Shown piece after piece: positions 10,200 through 20,076 of a stretch of 64,000 bases of DNA. The stretch lies in contig CAXXWX010000006.1 of the NCBI GenBank assembly GCA_963675745.2, forward strand, positions 64,001 to 128,000, written 5' to 3'. Origin of the DNA: Phycisphaerae bacterium. Lineage in GTDB: Bacteria; Planctomycetota; Phycisphaerae; UBA1845; Fen-1342. Each line of letters begins with the position of its first letter. Positions within the stretch are counted from its first letter, which is position 1. The position numbers and the translations under genes were made by a program. The notes beneath the pieces are model-generated. The model was not told the origin of the DNA and made no database searches. It saw nothing but the letters and a program-made list of their open reading frames with translations.

Positions 10200-11357
10200 A
10201 TGGGAACAGAGCTAACAGACGATCACCAGTTGCTGGTCGACGCGGTGCGCGATTATGCGCGGGCCGAGCTGATCACGCGCGACGGCGAGTGGGATCGCAC
10301 CGAGACGTCGTGCTGCACCGAACTGTCCCAATTGTACGAATTGGGGCTGATGGGGCTGCGCGTGCCGGAGTCCAACGGCGGCATCGAGTGTCCGATGGTG
10401 CCGTATGCCCACATCATCAGGGAATTGGCCTATGCCTCACCCGCCGTCGCCGTAACCGTCAGCGTTCACTCGATGGTCTGCGAAGCAATCAAGATGTTCG
10501 CCACTGAGGCCAATCGCGGCGAGCTGCTCTCGAGCCTGGCGACCGGGGGGCACCTGTCCGCGTTTGCGATCAGCGAAGCCAACAGTGGCAGCGATCCGGC
10601 CTCAGCGCGAACGCGTGCGGAGAAGGTCGACGGCGGTTGGCGGCTCAACGGCGCGAAAATGTGGGTCACGAACGGCATGACCGGTCGCTGGTTCATCGTG
10701 CTGGCGCGCACCAGCTATCGCGAGGATGCTCGCGACTTGTCAATGTTCCTCATGGACGCCGAGCAGGATGGCGTAACGCGCCGACCGATTCACGGGAAGA
10801 TGGGCATTCGCGGGTCGGAGACGGCCGAACTCAGTCTCGAGAATGTCATCGTGCCCGACGACCATCTGTTGGGCCGGCCGGGTCAAGGTCTGAGTATCGC
10901 ATTATCGGCTCTCGATGGCGGGCGCATCGGCATAGCCGCCCAAGCCACGGGGATCGCTGAAGCCTGTCTCGATCTGATGGTCGCCTATGTGCGCGAGCGG
11001 GAACAATTCAAGCGGCCGATCTCGGAGTTTCAGGCTATCCAGTGGATGATTGCTGACAGCGAGACCGAGATATCCGCCGCCCGACTGCTCTTCGAACAGG
11101 CGGCCGACTTGAAGGAGTCCGGCAAGCCTTTCACGCGCGAATCAGCCATGGCCAAGCTCTATGCCAGCGAAATGGCGAACCGCGTGGCATATCGCGCGGT
11201 GCAGGCCCATGGCGGTTATGGTTTCGTAAACGAGTTTCGTGTTGAGCAGCTCTACCGTGATGCCCGTGTCACCACCATTTACGAAGGGACCAGCGAGATC
11301 CAGCGTTTCGTGATCGCCCGCGACGTGATAAAGGCCGGTGAGCTGGCGCCGCGCTGA
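10200..11357 (+). CDS. Acyl-CoA dehydrogenase
   Basis: FAISEANSGSD, LNGAKMWVTNG, KMGIRGS, REQF, IYEGTSEIQR. Confidence 0.95.
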   Translation: MGTELTDDHQLLVDAVRDYARAELITRDGEWDRTETSCCTELSQLYELGLMGLRVPESNGGIECPMVPYAHIIRELAYASPAVAVTVSVHSMVCEAIKMFATEANRGELLSSLATGGHLSAFAISEANSGSDPASARTRAEKVDGGWRLNGAKMWVTNGMTGRWFIVLARTSYREDARDLSMFLMDAEQDGVTRRPIHGKMGIRGSETAELSLENVIVPDDHLLGRPGQGLSIALSALDGGRIGIAAQATGIAEACLDLMVAYVREREQFKRPISEFQAIQWMIADSETEISAARLLFEQAADLKESGKPFTRESAMAKLYASEMANRVAYRAVQAHGGYGFVNEFRVEQLYRDARVTTIYEGTSEIQRFVIARDVIKAGELAPR

Positions 11358-11381
11358 GCGCCTGGATTCAAAGCGGGGCGA

Positions 11382-11609
11382 TTAGAGCACAAGTGGTCCG
11401 TCCCGGCTGATGGCGCCGCGGTAGGCGTCGACGATTCCGAAGATCCAGACGATCGGCAGCAGCACGAATCCGATCAGCAGGAAGCACAGGAATCCGTTGA
11501 TTATCTGGATCAGCATCAGGAGCAGGCCCTTGAAGATCTGCCCGTTGTAGATCTGCCCTAGTCCGGTGATGAAGAAGCTCAGGACGGCGGCGATGCCCGG
11601 GTCTTTCAT
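11382..11609 (-). CDS. Small TM2-like membrane protein
   Basis: KDPGIAAVLSFFITGLGQIYNGQ..KG ... GIVDAY; GGAGG RBS. Confidence 0.8.
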   Translation of the reverse strand: MKDPGIAAVLSFFITGLGQIYNGQIFKGLLLMLIQIINGFLCFLLIGFVLLPIVWIFGIVDAYRGAISRDGPLVL

Positions 11610-11843
11610 GTTAGACCTCCCTCTTCCGTGTCTGCCGACAAGCCGGTCGGCACGCATGGGAGTATTCGGACCAGAAACGCGTATATTTCCGCCTCATAAC
11701 CGGTTGCCGGCCGTGAAAACCGCCGCGGCGCTTGTATGGGTGCGTGATCGCGGAATAATCGAACATGCATAGCGTGTGGCGGCGTCCGGGCAGCCCTGTT
11801 GGACGGTCGCGACACGACACGTTCATTGGAGTACCGCGGATCG

Positions 11844-12980
11844 ATGGGTACGAAACGTAAAAGAGCCGGAGTCGGCTGGGGTGCTACCAGCGCTACGGGT
11901 GGTGGCGGCTGGGGCGCCGGTGGCTTTGTGGCCCCGCAACCGACGCAGGATCTGAACGTTGCCCGGACCGAGCCGCTGGTTTCCCCGCGTGACGCCAAAC
12001 GCGATTTGCCCATGACCGTCCCAGCCAACCGCACGGTCGTCGAGAGCCGCGAGACCATCAAGTCGATTCTCAGCGGCACCGATCCCAGAATGCTGGTGAT
12101 TGTGGGGCCCTGCTCGATCCACGACGAGGGCCTTGCCATCGAGTACGCACGCCGCCTGGCCGAGCTGCATCGTGAAGTCTGCGATCGGCTTTTTCTCGTC
12201 ATGCGGGTCTATTTCGAAAAGCCACGCACAACCGTCGGGTGGAAAGGCTTGATCAACGACCCGCACCTGAACGGGACGTTCGATATGGACCTGGGGATTC
12301 GCCAGGCGCGGCGAATACTGCTGGCGCTGGCGGAAACGGGCGTCGCCGCCGGTACGGAAATGCTCGAGCCGATTTCACCCCAGTACATCGCCGACCTGAT
12401 CAGTTGGTCGGCCATCGGCGCGCGCACCACCGAATCGCAGACCCACCGCCAGATGGCCAGCGGCCTGTCGATGCCGGTGGGGTTCAAGAACGGTACCGAC
12501 GGCAACCTGCAAATCGTCCTGGACGCCATGAATTCGGCGCGCCACGCGCACGGTTTTCTCGGCATCGATGAGGACGGACGCACCGCGACAATCCGCACGC
12601 GTGGCAACGCGTGGGGGCATCTGATTCTCCGGGGCGGCACGCGCGGGCCGAACTATGACGCCGCCAATGTCGCAGTCGCGCTCGAGGCTCTACGTAAGGC
12701 CAGGTTGCCCGATGTCGTGATGGTCGATGTCAGTCACGCGAACTCCGAGAAAAAGTGTGCAAACCAGGGCCGTGTCTGGCGTAACGTGATCGAACAGCGC
12801 CAAGCCGGCAATCCACGCATCATCGGTGCCATGCTGGAAAGCAACCTCTGCGCGGGCAATCAGAAACTGGGAGACGACCCGGCCGCGCTGAAATACGGCG
12901 TTTCAATCACCGACGAGTGCATAGGTTGGGAAGAAACCGAAGAACTGCTCCGCGAGGCGGCCCGCTCACTGACGCGCTGA
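11844..12980 (+). CDS. aroF: 3-deoxy-7-phosphoheptulonate (DAHP) synthase, class I
   Basis: IVGPCSIHD, RVYFEKPRTTVGWKGLINDP, IGARTTESQ, DVSHANS, YGVSITDECIGW; start uncertain (11844 or GTG 11928). Confidence 0.95.
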   Translation: MGTKRKRAGVGWGATSATGGGGWGAGGFVAPQPTQDLNVARTEPLVSPRDAKRDLPMTVPANRTVVESRETIKSILSGTDPRMLVIVGPCSIHDEGLAIEYARRLAELHREVCDRLFLVMRVYFEKPRTTVGWKGLINDPHLNGTFDMDLGIRQARRILLALAETGVAAGTEMLEPISPQYIADLISWSAIGARTTESQTHRQMASGLSMPVGFKNGTDGNLQIVLDAMNSARHAHGFLGIDEDGRTATIRTRGNAWGHLILRGGTRGPNYDAANVAVALEALRKARLPDVVMVDVSHANSEKKCANQGRVWRNVIEQRQAGNPRIIGAMLESNLCAGNQKLGDDPAALKYGVSITDECIGWEETEELLREAARSLTR

Positions 12981-13040
12981 CATCCGCCTCATGCCCGATA
13001 CCGGCGTCCCGGGATAACCCACGTCCAATCTGCCGCGTGT

Positions 13041-13469
13041 TCAGGGGGCCGCGTCCAGAGGCGGCGCATCGCCTCTGATCGGGATCGGCCGGCGATCATC
13101 ATCCACCGCCACGAACACGAGTGTGGCGGTGGTTACACGTATGGACTTGCCGGGCCGATCGAACCGCTCAGCTTCGACATCGACACGGATGGTGATTGAC
13201 GTGCGCCCGGTCCGCACCGCCGTGGCGTAGAAGCTCAGCACGTCACCGACGAAGACCGGCTCGTGGAAGACGACTTCATCCATCGCCACGGTCACGACGC
13301 GCGCGCACGTGTGCCGCCGCGCACCAATGGCTCCGGCCTGGTCGATATAGCTCAGCAATACGCCGCCGAAAATCGTGCCGTGGGCGTTGGTGTCGCGGGG
13401 CATCATGGTGACGCGAATGGCGGGGCATTCATGCCGTGGCGTTTGGTCGTGAGTTTGGTCAGTCGGCAT
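13041..13469 (-). CDS. Acyl-CoA thioesterase (hotdog, YciA-like)
   Basis: MPRDTNAHGTIFGG, VFHEPVFVGD, GRTSI. Confidence 0.92.
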   Translation of the reverse strand: MPTDQTHDQTPRHECPAIRVTMMPRDTNAHGTIFGGVLLSYIDQAGAIGARRHTCARVVTVAMDEVVFHEPVFVGDVLSFYATAVRTGRTSITIRVDVEAERFDRPGKSIRVTTATLVFVAVDDDRRPIPIRGDAPPLDAAP

Positions 13470-14490
13470 TAGTGTCTGCCTGTGCCGCGGGGTGGTTCTC
13501 CAGGGCCTGAGTTGTCGCCGCAATCACGCGCGGCACCACATCATCCCAGTTTCCAGGTGGAGTGGCGCCGGCGGCGCGGTGATGGCCGCCGCCGCCGAAT
13601 TGCCGCGCGATCGCCGCCACATCGAGCCACCGCTTGCTGCGCAGATTAACGCGTACGGACCCGTCGGCGTGTTCCGTGAACATGATAGTGGCCTCGAGCC
13701 CGGCCAGTGTCGATGCGACGTTGACCAGATCCTCGGTCATGCTGTGGTCGGCGCCGGCCGCGCTGAAATCCGCCAGGCGCAGCCGCAGCACAGCCAGCCG
13801 CCCGTCGGCCATGAGTTCCATCGACGACAGCAATCGGCCCATCAGGGCCAACTTGGCACGCGGTTCGCGCTCGTGTACGCCCTGGTAAATGTGCTGGCTA
13901 TCCGCGCCGGCATCAATCAAGGTCGCCGCGGCTCTCAACGTCCGCGCGTCGGTGTTTGAATAACGAAACCAGCCGGTATCGGTGGCAACGCCGACGTAGA
14001 GGGCCGTCGCGATCTGATCATCCAACGGCGCCGCGACGGTCTCCACCCATTCGGCCAGCAGTACGCAGGTAGCGGCGGCGGAAACGTCGCACAACCGCAG
14101 ATCCTCCGACCGTGTTCCGATTGAATCGGCGGTCGCGTGATGATCGACTACCAGCGTTGGTGGTGGGGCGGTGAGCAGTCCGCCGGCCGGTTCAAGCTGC
14201 GCCAGCGCACACGTGTCCAGTATGATCAGTGCGTCGCATGTGCTGGCCACCTCCGCGCTCACATCTTCCCAGAGCCACCAGGGAACCGCGTCGCGCAACA
14301 ACTCGTAGCGGGCCGGGAAGTCATCGAAGAGCGTCGCGCGCGGATCCTGACCGCGCTTTGCCAGCACGCGTGTTATTGCGGCCAACGCGCCCAGCGCGTC
14401 ACCGTCAGCCCGCCGGTGAGAAACCAGCAACGGCCGCGAATATCTACGCAACCATTCGTCCATCCGCCGATAGTCGTCTTGGGTGATCAT
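13459..14490 (-). CDS. nrnA: DHH/DHHA1 phosphoesterase (NrnA-like)
   Basis: SH..ADGDALG, VDHH, TDTGWF, NLRS, GGGH..AAG. Confidence 0.9.
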   Translation of the reverse strand: MITQDDYRRMDEWLRRYSRPLLVSHRRADGDALGALAAITRVLAKRGQDPRATLFDDFPARYELLRDAVPWWLWEDVSAEVASTCDALIILDTCALAQLEPAGGLLTAPPPTLVVDHHATADSIGTRSEDLRLCDVSAAATCVLLAEWVETVAAPLDDQIATALYVGVATDTGWFRYSNTDARTLRAAATLIDAGADSQHIYQGVHEREPRAKLALMGRLLSSMELMADGRLAVLRLRLADFSAAGADHSMTEDLVNVASTLAGLEATIMFTEHADGSVRVNLRSKRWLDVAAIARQFGGGGHHRAAGATPPGNWDDVVPRVIAATTQALENHPAAQADTNAD

Positions 14491-14519
14491 GGCTGGTATT
14501 GTAGTGCCGAGTTGAATAC

Positions 14520-15620
14520 ATGATACGACTTGGGCGGTTCATAGCGGCCGACAATCGGACGGACCAGGCCTTGGCGACGCTCGCGCAACTGTTGGACAGA
14601 GAGAACTACCGGCCGTGTGACTGGGATCTGGTCACCGATGCGGCCGGCCGCGACTACTGGATAGAGAATTTCATAGCGCACCTGGACGTGCAGATGGAGA
14701 TGATCAGCGCGAGCTATCCCGATGCCGACGATGAGCGACTGGCGGCGTTGCGTCGGGATTATGTGGCCCTGATGAACTCGTTGCGTGATGCGCCGGCCCG
14801 TTTCGGTCGGCTGGATGTTCTGATGCTTGACGAACTGCGCCAGGAACTGCTGGTGCGGCATGGGTTCCCGGATCCATTCAAACGCGTTAAAGAGCGTGAG
14901 AATGCGGCGGCGCTGGCGCTACTGCCGCGCCTGCTGGCCGAAATCGACGCCATGCCGCCCGCCGAGCGTCCGGCGCGTCTGGTGGAAGGCCTGCTGGCCG
15001 GGAACATCTTTGACCTGGGTTCAATGCCGACCGTGGAGCGGTACAACAGCGGCGAGGCGGATTTCTGGCACAGCCTGGTGTCGCTCCCGGCGCGTCCGTG
15101 GTTTCGCGATGATCTGGACAACTGGCAGCGGCGCATTGCGTCGCGCGCCGCTTACCGCCACGTGCTGTTCTTCGTCGATAACGCCGGGGGGGATATTGTC
15201 CTGGGTTGCCTGCCGCTCGCGCGCATGCTGATGCAAAGCGGGGCGCGCGTGACATTGGCGGCCAATTCGCTGGCGGCCCTGAACGATATCACGGCGGATG
15301 AACTGCTTGCACTGATCGGGCAGGCGGCTGAGAGTGATGCGGCGTTTGCCGATCCGCGTTTGCGCGTGGTCGCAACCGGCAACCGGGCCCCGCTGATAGA
15401 CCTTACCAATCTTACGGCTGAATGTGTGGCGACGTCGGCCGACGCGGACTTGATTATCCTGCACGGAATGGGGCGATCCATCGAAAGCAATTACCGGGCA
15501 GGCTTTCAGTGTGACGCCCTGTGGACCGCGGTCGTCAAGGACGAGGCGGTCGCCCGGCACATTGGCGCAGAGCTATTCGACTGCGTATTTCGCTTCGAGG
15601 CCGGCCGCTCTACCCGCTAG
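14520..15620 (+). CDS. DUF89/ARMT1-like damage-control phosphatase
   Basis: DPFKRVKEREN, LAGNIFDLGS, FVDNAGGDIVLG, NDIT, GMGRSIESN. Confidence 0.85.
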   Translation: MIRLGRFIAADNRTDQALATLAQLLDRENYRPCDWDLVTDAAGRDYWIENFIAHLDVQMEMISASYPDADDERLAALRRDYVALMNSLRDAPARFGRLDVLMLDELRQELLVRHGFPDPFKRVKERENAAALALLPRLLAEIDAMPPAERPARLVEGLLAGNIFDLGSMPTVERYNSGEADFWHSLVSLPARPWFRDDLDNWQRRIASRAAYRHVLFFVDNAGGDIVLGCLPLARMLMQSGARVTLAANSLAALNDITADELLALIGQAAESDAAFADPRLRVVATGNRAPLIDLTNLTAECVATSADADLIILHGMGRSIESNYRAGFQCDALWTAVVKDEAVARHIGAELFDCVFRFEAGRSTR

Positions 15621-17016
15621 CCAGCCCATCGCCGGCGTAGCCGATCAGGAACAGGAACTGGCTCTGCGTGATCACCGGCACGTATGTGGCGCGGGCACGG
15701 TCGATCAACTCGTTGAAGCTCGAACGATCGAGGGCCCGGGCTTCGACCTGCTCCATGATCACTGGTGTGGCCTCTTCACCCGGCGGCAGGTCCGGTACGA
15801 ATGGCGCCGTGCCGACGATGACGAAGTCAGTCGTCTCATCCAGTTCGTCGACGACCTGCCCGCCCCACTGCCGGATCATGTTGATCACTGTCTCACGCCC
15901 GCCGCCGGCGTCGGCCGTTCCGTCGTAATCCAGATCAAAATCACCACGGACCACGAACTTGGGCAGCCGATTCCGCTCAAACGCGATGTTCACAACGTAA
16001 TCGCCCTCGATAATCGGGTGGGAAGGCGTGGTGCGTGTGACACGGCACTCGGCGGTGTCGGGCATCATCGATTCGATCTCTAACGAAGCCTTGCCGCGCA
16101 CGCCGCGCGGCACGTCAACGGGCGAAAAAACCTCAAAGCCCATGCCGACCTTGAGTCCGTCGTTCTCGCCAAGGTTGATGTACACGAGTTCGCTGCCGGG
16201 GATGGCCCGCAGGATCTTGCCGTCGGCCTTGGTCAGGATCGCCTGGGGATCGAGTCCGGGCGGCTGGATTTCGAGAATCTTCTGCCGCAGGTCTTCGACC
16301 AGAGCGTCGAGGCGGGCGATTTCGCGGTCTTTGACCTGACCGCCGCGCTCGATCTCAACGCGCATCTGCTGCAAGGCCTGGGTGGCCCGGTCGAGGTTAT
16401 CTTGCAGGGCGTCGCGCGAGCCCTCGGTTTCGGACAAGGCCGTCGCGTGCTGCTGCTCGAGCTGAGCGCCGCGCTCTTTGAGCCCTTCGACTTCCTCCTG
16501 AAACTCGTCGCCGATGGCCTTGGCCTGCTCGGTGAGATCGACAACCTTCTGTTGGGCGTCGGCAAGCTGCCGGGCCAGATCGCCACTGCGGCGTCGCTCT
16601 TCGGCCAGCAGGCTGGACAGCCGGCTGAATCCACCGATAAGCGTGTCACCGGGGTTGATCAAGCCCTCGTGCATACGGGCGGCGTTGGCGATCGCCCGGT
16701 CGGCCTGGTGCTTGACCGAGGGGAACACGGCCTGCTCGGTCCCGTTGATGAGCATGCCGTAGCCCTGCAGATAGCCGTCCATCACCGTGAAGACCTTTGT
16801 GCGCCGGTTCCGGGCTTCGTCGCGATAGAATTGCGGCGCCCGGCCATACTCGTCCAGTTGAGTCTGGACTTGATCGGCCTGGTCTTTGAGCTTGTTGTTT
16901 TGGGTCAATTGCAGGATAAACGCGCCGAGAGAGAGCACGCTCACGATCACGAACGCGATCAGTCCGTAATGCAAACCGGTAAGTCCGCCGCCGCGGCTCG
17001 CTGGTCGACCAGCCAT
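15610..17016 (-). CDS. Membrane-anchored coiled-coil protein with C-terminal beta and BRCT-like domains
   Basis: N-terminal TM, long coiled coil, VYINLG..DG, IRQWGGQVVDELDETTDFVIVG. Confidence 0.65.
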   Translation of the reverse strand: MAGRPASRGGGLTGLHYGLIAFVIVSVLSLGAFILQLTQNNKLKDQADQVQTQLDEYGRAPQFYRDEARNRRTKVFTVMDGYLQGYGMLINGTEQAVFPSVKHQADRAIANAARMHEGLINPGDTLIGGFSRLSSLLAEERRRSGDLARQLADAQQKVVDLTEQAKAIGDEFQEEVEGLKERGAQLEQQHATALSETEGSRDALQDNLDRATQALQQMRVEIERGGQVKDREIARLDALVEDLRQKILEIQPPGLDPQAILTKADGKILRAIPGSELVYINLGENDGLKVGMGFEVFSPVDVPRGVRGKASLEIESMMPDTAECRVTRTTPSHPIIEGDYVVNIAFERNRLPKFVVRGDFDLDYDGTADAGGGRETVINMIRQWGGQVVDELDETTDFVIVGTAPFVPDLPPGEEATPVIMEQVEARALDRSSFNELIDRARATYVPVITQSQFLFLIGYAGDGLASG

Positions 17017-17250
17017 GCGCCATACTCCTTCACGCGAATATCCACCGCCCGACTTCCGGTGACTCCGCTGCGGCGCGCACCGCCACACGCAATCCGGAGT
17101 CGCCGGAGCGCTTGCGACCGGCAAGTATCTTGTGAACCGGGGCCGATGTCAAAAGCCAAAAACCGCCCGTGCGCTCCCGACGGAGCCCTTGACCGCGATC
17201 GCCAAACGGTGATCATGCGGGCGGCAGAGCCAGTGGCGGAAGCGAGTACC

Positions 17251-17529
17251 ATGGCAAAGTCCTCAAAACGTCCCAGCTTCGAAGAAGCCATGCAACGCCT
17301 CGACGAGATTGTCGAGGGCATGGAGTCGGGTGAGATCGGCATCGAGGAGTCGATCTCGCGCTATGAAGAAGCCATGAAACTGGCCGCGCACTGCCGCAAA
17401 ATCCTCGATACGGTCGAGCAACGCATCCAGAAAATCCAGACGGTCGCCGGCTCTACGCCCCGCGCGGTGCCGTTCACTCCCGCATCGTCGCCGGAAAACG
17501 ATCCCACGGATGAGGAAGCCGAACCCTGA
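17251..17529 (+). CDS. xseB: Exodeoxyribonuclease VII small subunit
   Basis: SFEEAMQRLDEIV..ME.G.IGIEESI..YEE. Confidence 0.93.
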   Translation: MAKSSKRPSFEEAMQRLDEIVEGMESGEIGIEESISRYEEAMKLAAHCRKILDTVEQRIQKIQTVAGSTPRAVPFTPASSPENDPTDEEAEP

Positions 17530-17561
17530 TCAGGCCCGCAATCCTCTCACTTTCCCGCTTT

Positions 17562-18311
17562 GTGCGGCTTGCGGGTCACAGCCTGCTCGATGCCGCCCTG
17601 CCGCAAACATGTGTAATCAGCAATGAGTGGCTGCCGTCCGGCACCGGCCAGGTAAGCCCGGAGGCGCGCGATGCGCTCGAAGCCCGGGCGGTGCAGTCGT
17701 ATTGCCCGCGCTGCGCCCGAAGCGCTCGCCCGGAGACCATGTATGACGGCGGGTGTGGCGGCTGCCGGAAGGAGCGGTTTTGGAACGTCGCCGAAATTGT
17801 ACGCATCGGCGCCTATGACGCCGTCTTGCGCGGCCCACTTTTGAAGCTGAAGTATGCCGGGCGTGAGGGTTGCGCCCGCTATCTGGCGGACATGCTGGCC
17901 CGGCCGTTGCGCCGACGGCCCTGGACCGGGGAGTTGGACGCGCTGGTTCCAGTGCCCAGCCACTGGATTCGTCGATGGCAACGCCCGTGTGACCACGCCA
18001 CCGTGCTGGCCGCCGAGGTTTCGAAGCGGATCGGCATTCCGGTGATGAATGCGGTTCGGCGGGTCAAGTATGGTCCGAGCCAGGTGCGTGCGACAACCGT
18101 GGCGCAGCGGTTCGAGAACGTCGCCGGCTGTTTCGGCATGCGCCGGCGGCACGATGTGGGCGACATGTCGGTCTGCATTGTGGATAACCTCGTTACCAGC
18201 GGGGCGACCTTGCACGAGGTCTCGAAGGTGTTGCGTGCGGCGGGCGCCAAACGCATCTACGCCGCCGTGGCCGCCCGGACCACTAATGTCCGCGCGCCGC
18301 AACCGACATAG
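17562..18311 (+). CDS. comF: ComF family phosphoribosyltransferase-like protein
   Basis: CPRC..CGGC, KLKY, LVPVP.HW.R, IVDNLVTSGAT. Confidence 0.88.
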   Translation: MRLAGHSLLDAALPQTCVISNEWLPSGTGQVSPEARDALEARAVQSYCPRCARSARPETMYDGGCGGCRKERFWNVAEIVRIGAYDAVLRGPLLKLKYAGREGCARYLADMLARPLRRRPWTGELDALVPVPSHWIRRWQRPCDHATVLAAEVSKRIGIPVMNAVRRVKYGPSQVRATTVAQRFENVAGCFGMRRRHDVGDMSVCIVDNLVTSGATLHEVSKVLRAAGAKRIYAAVAARTTNVRAPQPT

Positions 18312-18355
18312 TACGGATGGTGGTTTGAATGACGCTACTCCCGCCGCTTTCGCGT

Positions 18356-19771
18356 TCAGTGCGGCTGGCTGGGTAAGGGCGCGAACTTGGTCCGCCTGCT
18401 CACGACCAGCGGCTTCTTGCCCGACTCGTAACGCACGCCCGACCAACGCAAACGATCAAAATCGTACGTGCGTACGGCTTGCAGCAGGCAGACGTACAGA
18501 TCGGGCTCCAGGCGATCGTTGAAGATTCGTTTGCCCGAGACGTAGATTTCCACCGGCTCGTCCCAGTCGATCATGCCGTCGCCGACCCAGATTGTGACCT
18601 GACGGACTTTCTTGCGGGCCACGGCTATTTTCTGCCCGTCAACCTTGCCGGTAAGTCGGGCGACGCGCCCGGTGATGGTGCGGATGAACGCGGCCTGGTA
18701 GTCGTTCGGGTCCTGGGGATTTTCCTCGGCGGTGAATACGACCTGGATCACGCCTTCCCCGCCGAGCACGTTACCAACCCAATCATCGGCCTCGAGCCAG
18801 TGGCAATGCGATTCGGCCGGCGCACGAAAGCGCTTGTCGACCGTACGCGGATACTGGGTTCGGCGGCGCGTGAGCAGTTTGCGCATTGCGTCGCGCGGCG
18901 GGTCTATGTTGCTGTGCGCGCCGTCAGGGAACTCATGCCACGCGACCGGCAGGCCCAGCCCGTCAGCCGCCGCGGTGATACGCTGGTTTGCCCCCGCGAT
19001 ACCTCCGGTCGGGCTCTGCTGATGATTCGCCCCAAGCGTATCGTGGGCCCCCCAGGTCGCAAAGACGTACGTATTTGAGAGATTCTGTAAGAAGATGTCG
19101 GCAAGAAAGTCGCGTGGGAGATTTAAACACCCGGCGATCGGCATCACACCGGCGAACTCCTCCGGCATTACGACGGCTTGCGCCCAACTGGCATGCCCGC
19201 CCATCGAATAGCCGGTGGCATACACGCGGTCGCTGTTGATGTTGATGAGCTGCTTGATGCCGCGCAGCAGCGCGCGATGTTGGAACAGTGGAGGACGCCC
19301 CAGGTCAACGCGCGTCTCGGTGTAGCCGTCCGGCGCTGCAATGACGTACCGGTCCGCCGCCGTGCCGAGGGCCTGCCGATAGTAGCCAATGATCCACTCC
19401 CCGGTGCCACCTTGGCCATGCAAGGCATAGATCAGTGGCCAGGCCTGTTGCGGGTCGTAACCCGGCGGGATGCGCAAAGCTACCGTCATGCTCTTGTTGG
19501 TATCAGGTACCGGCAACTGGATGCGATGCTGCCCGGGCTCGTAGTCCTCAAACAGGCCGGCCCGGTGCAGCCAGTCGCTGAGCGTGCTACGGCTGTAAGC
19601 CGGATCGGATTCGATGAGCTCGACGATTCGCGCGCGGCGGGTGGCGTTTTCGGTGTCGAAAAACGACTTCAGATGCCGCAGAACGTCGCCCTCGTCAGCA
19701 GGTGCCGTCGGGGCTATCAACAGCGCTGCCAACCAGCACGTATTCGTCAGCACGGCGTGTCGAAAACGCAT
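18356..19771 (-). CDS. Secreted alpha/beta hydrolase (esterase/peptidase-like)
   Basis: Signal peptide, PLIYALHG, GYSMGG nucleophile elbow, G.HD, HS. Confidence 0.8.
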   Translation of the reverse strand: MRFRHAVLTNTCWLAALLIAPTAPADEGDVLRHLKSFFDTENATRRARIVELIESDPAYSRSTLSDWLHRAGLFEDYEPGQHRIQLPVPDTNKSMTVALRIPPGYDPQQAWPLIYALHGQGGTGEWIIGYYRQALGTAADRYVIAAPDGYTETRVDLGRPPLFQHRALLRGIKQLININSDRVYATGYSMGGHASWAQAVVMPEEFAGVMPIAGCLNLPRDFLADIFLQNLSNTYVFATWGAHDTLGANHQQSPTGGIAGANQRITAAADGLGLPVAWHEFPDGAHSNIDPPRDAMRKLLTRRRTQYPRTVDKRFRAPAESHCHWLEADDWVGNVLGGEGVIQVVFTAEENPQDPNDYQAAFIRTITGRVARLTGKVDGQKIAVARKKVRQVTIWVGDGMIDWDEPVEIYVSGKRIFNDRLEPDLYVCLLQAVRTYDFDRLRWSGVRYESGKKPLVVSRRTKFAPLPSQPH

Positions 19772-20076
19772 GACAACTCCCGGGTGCGTGTTCGGCACAT
19801 TGTAGCACGTTCGCACGGCGCGCCCCGGCGGACCCCGGGCGGTTGTGGGCCGCCGGCGGGGCGCAGCCTGTCAATTGTCGGCAATTGTCGCCTGAGCGAG
19901 CGGCAACGTACCACAGGTTGAAACACGTGACTGCGAATACTGGCTTGCGGCGGCCGAATACCAGTACGCGTGTTGCCGAATCGAGCGCGCTGCGGGCCGT
20001 GCGCAAGTCACGCGCCGGCACAACGCACACGTTTTGAATACAGATCACAGTCACCAGATCAACCGGAGAATCAGTC

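Noticed and set aside
11861..11992. YQRYGWWR trp-leader-like peptide in the -1 frame before aroF
   Set aside because: No ATG/GTG/TTG after the in-frame TAA at 11858; TGG TGG arises automatically from GGT GGT GGC Gly codons
18179..18187. Perfect DnaA box TGTGGATAA (near-match also at ~60289)
   Set aside because: Single isolated 9-mer inside comF; compatible with chance
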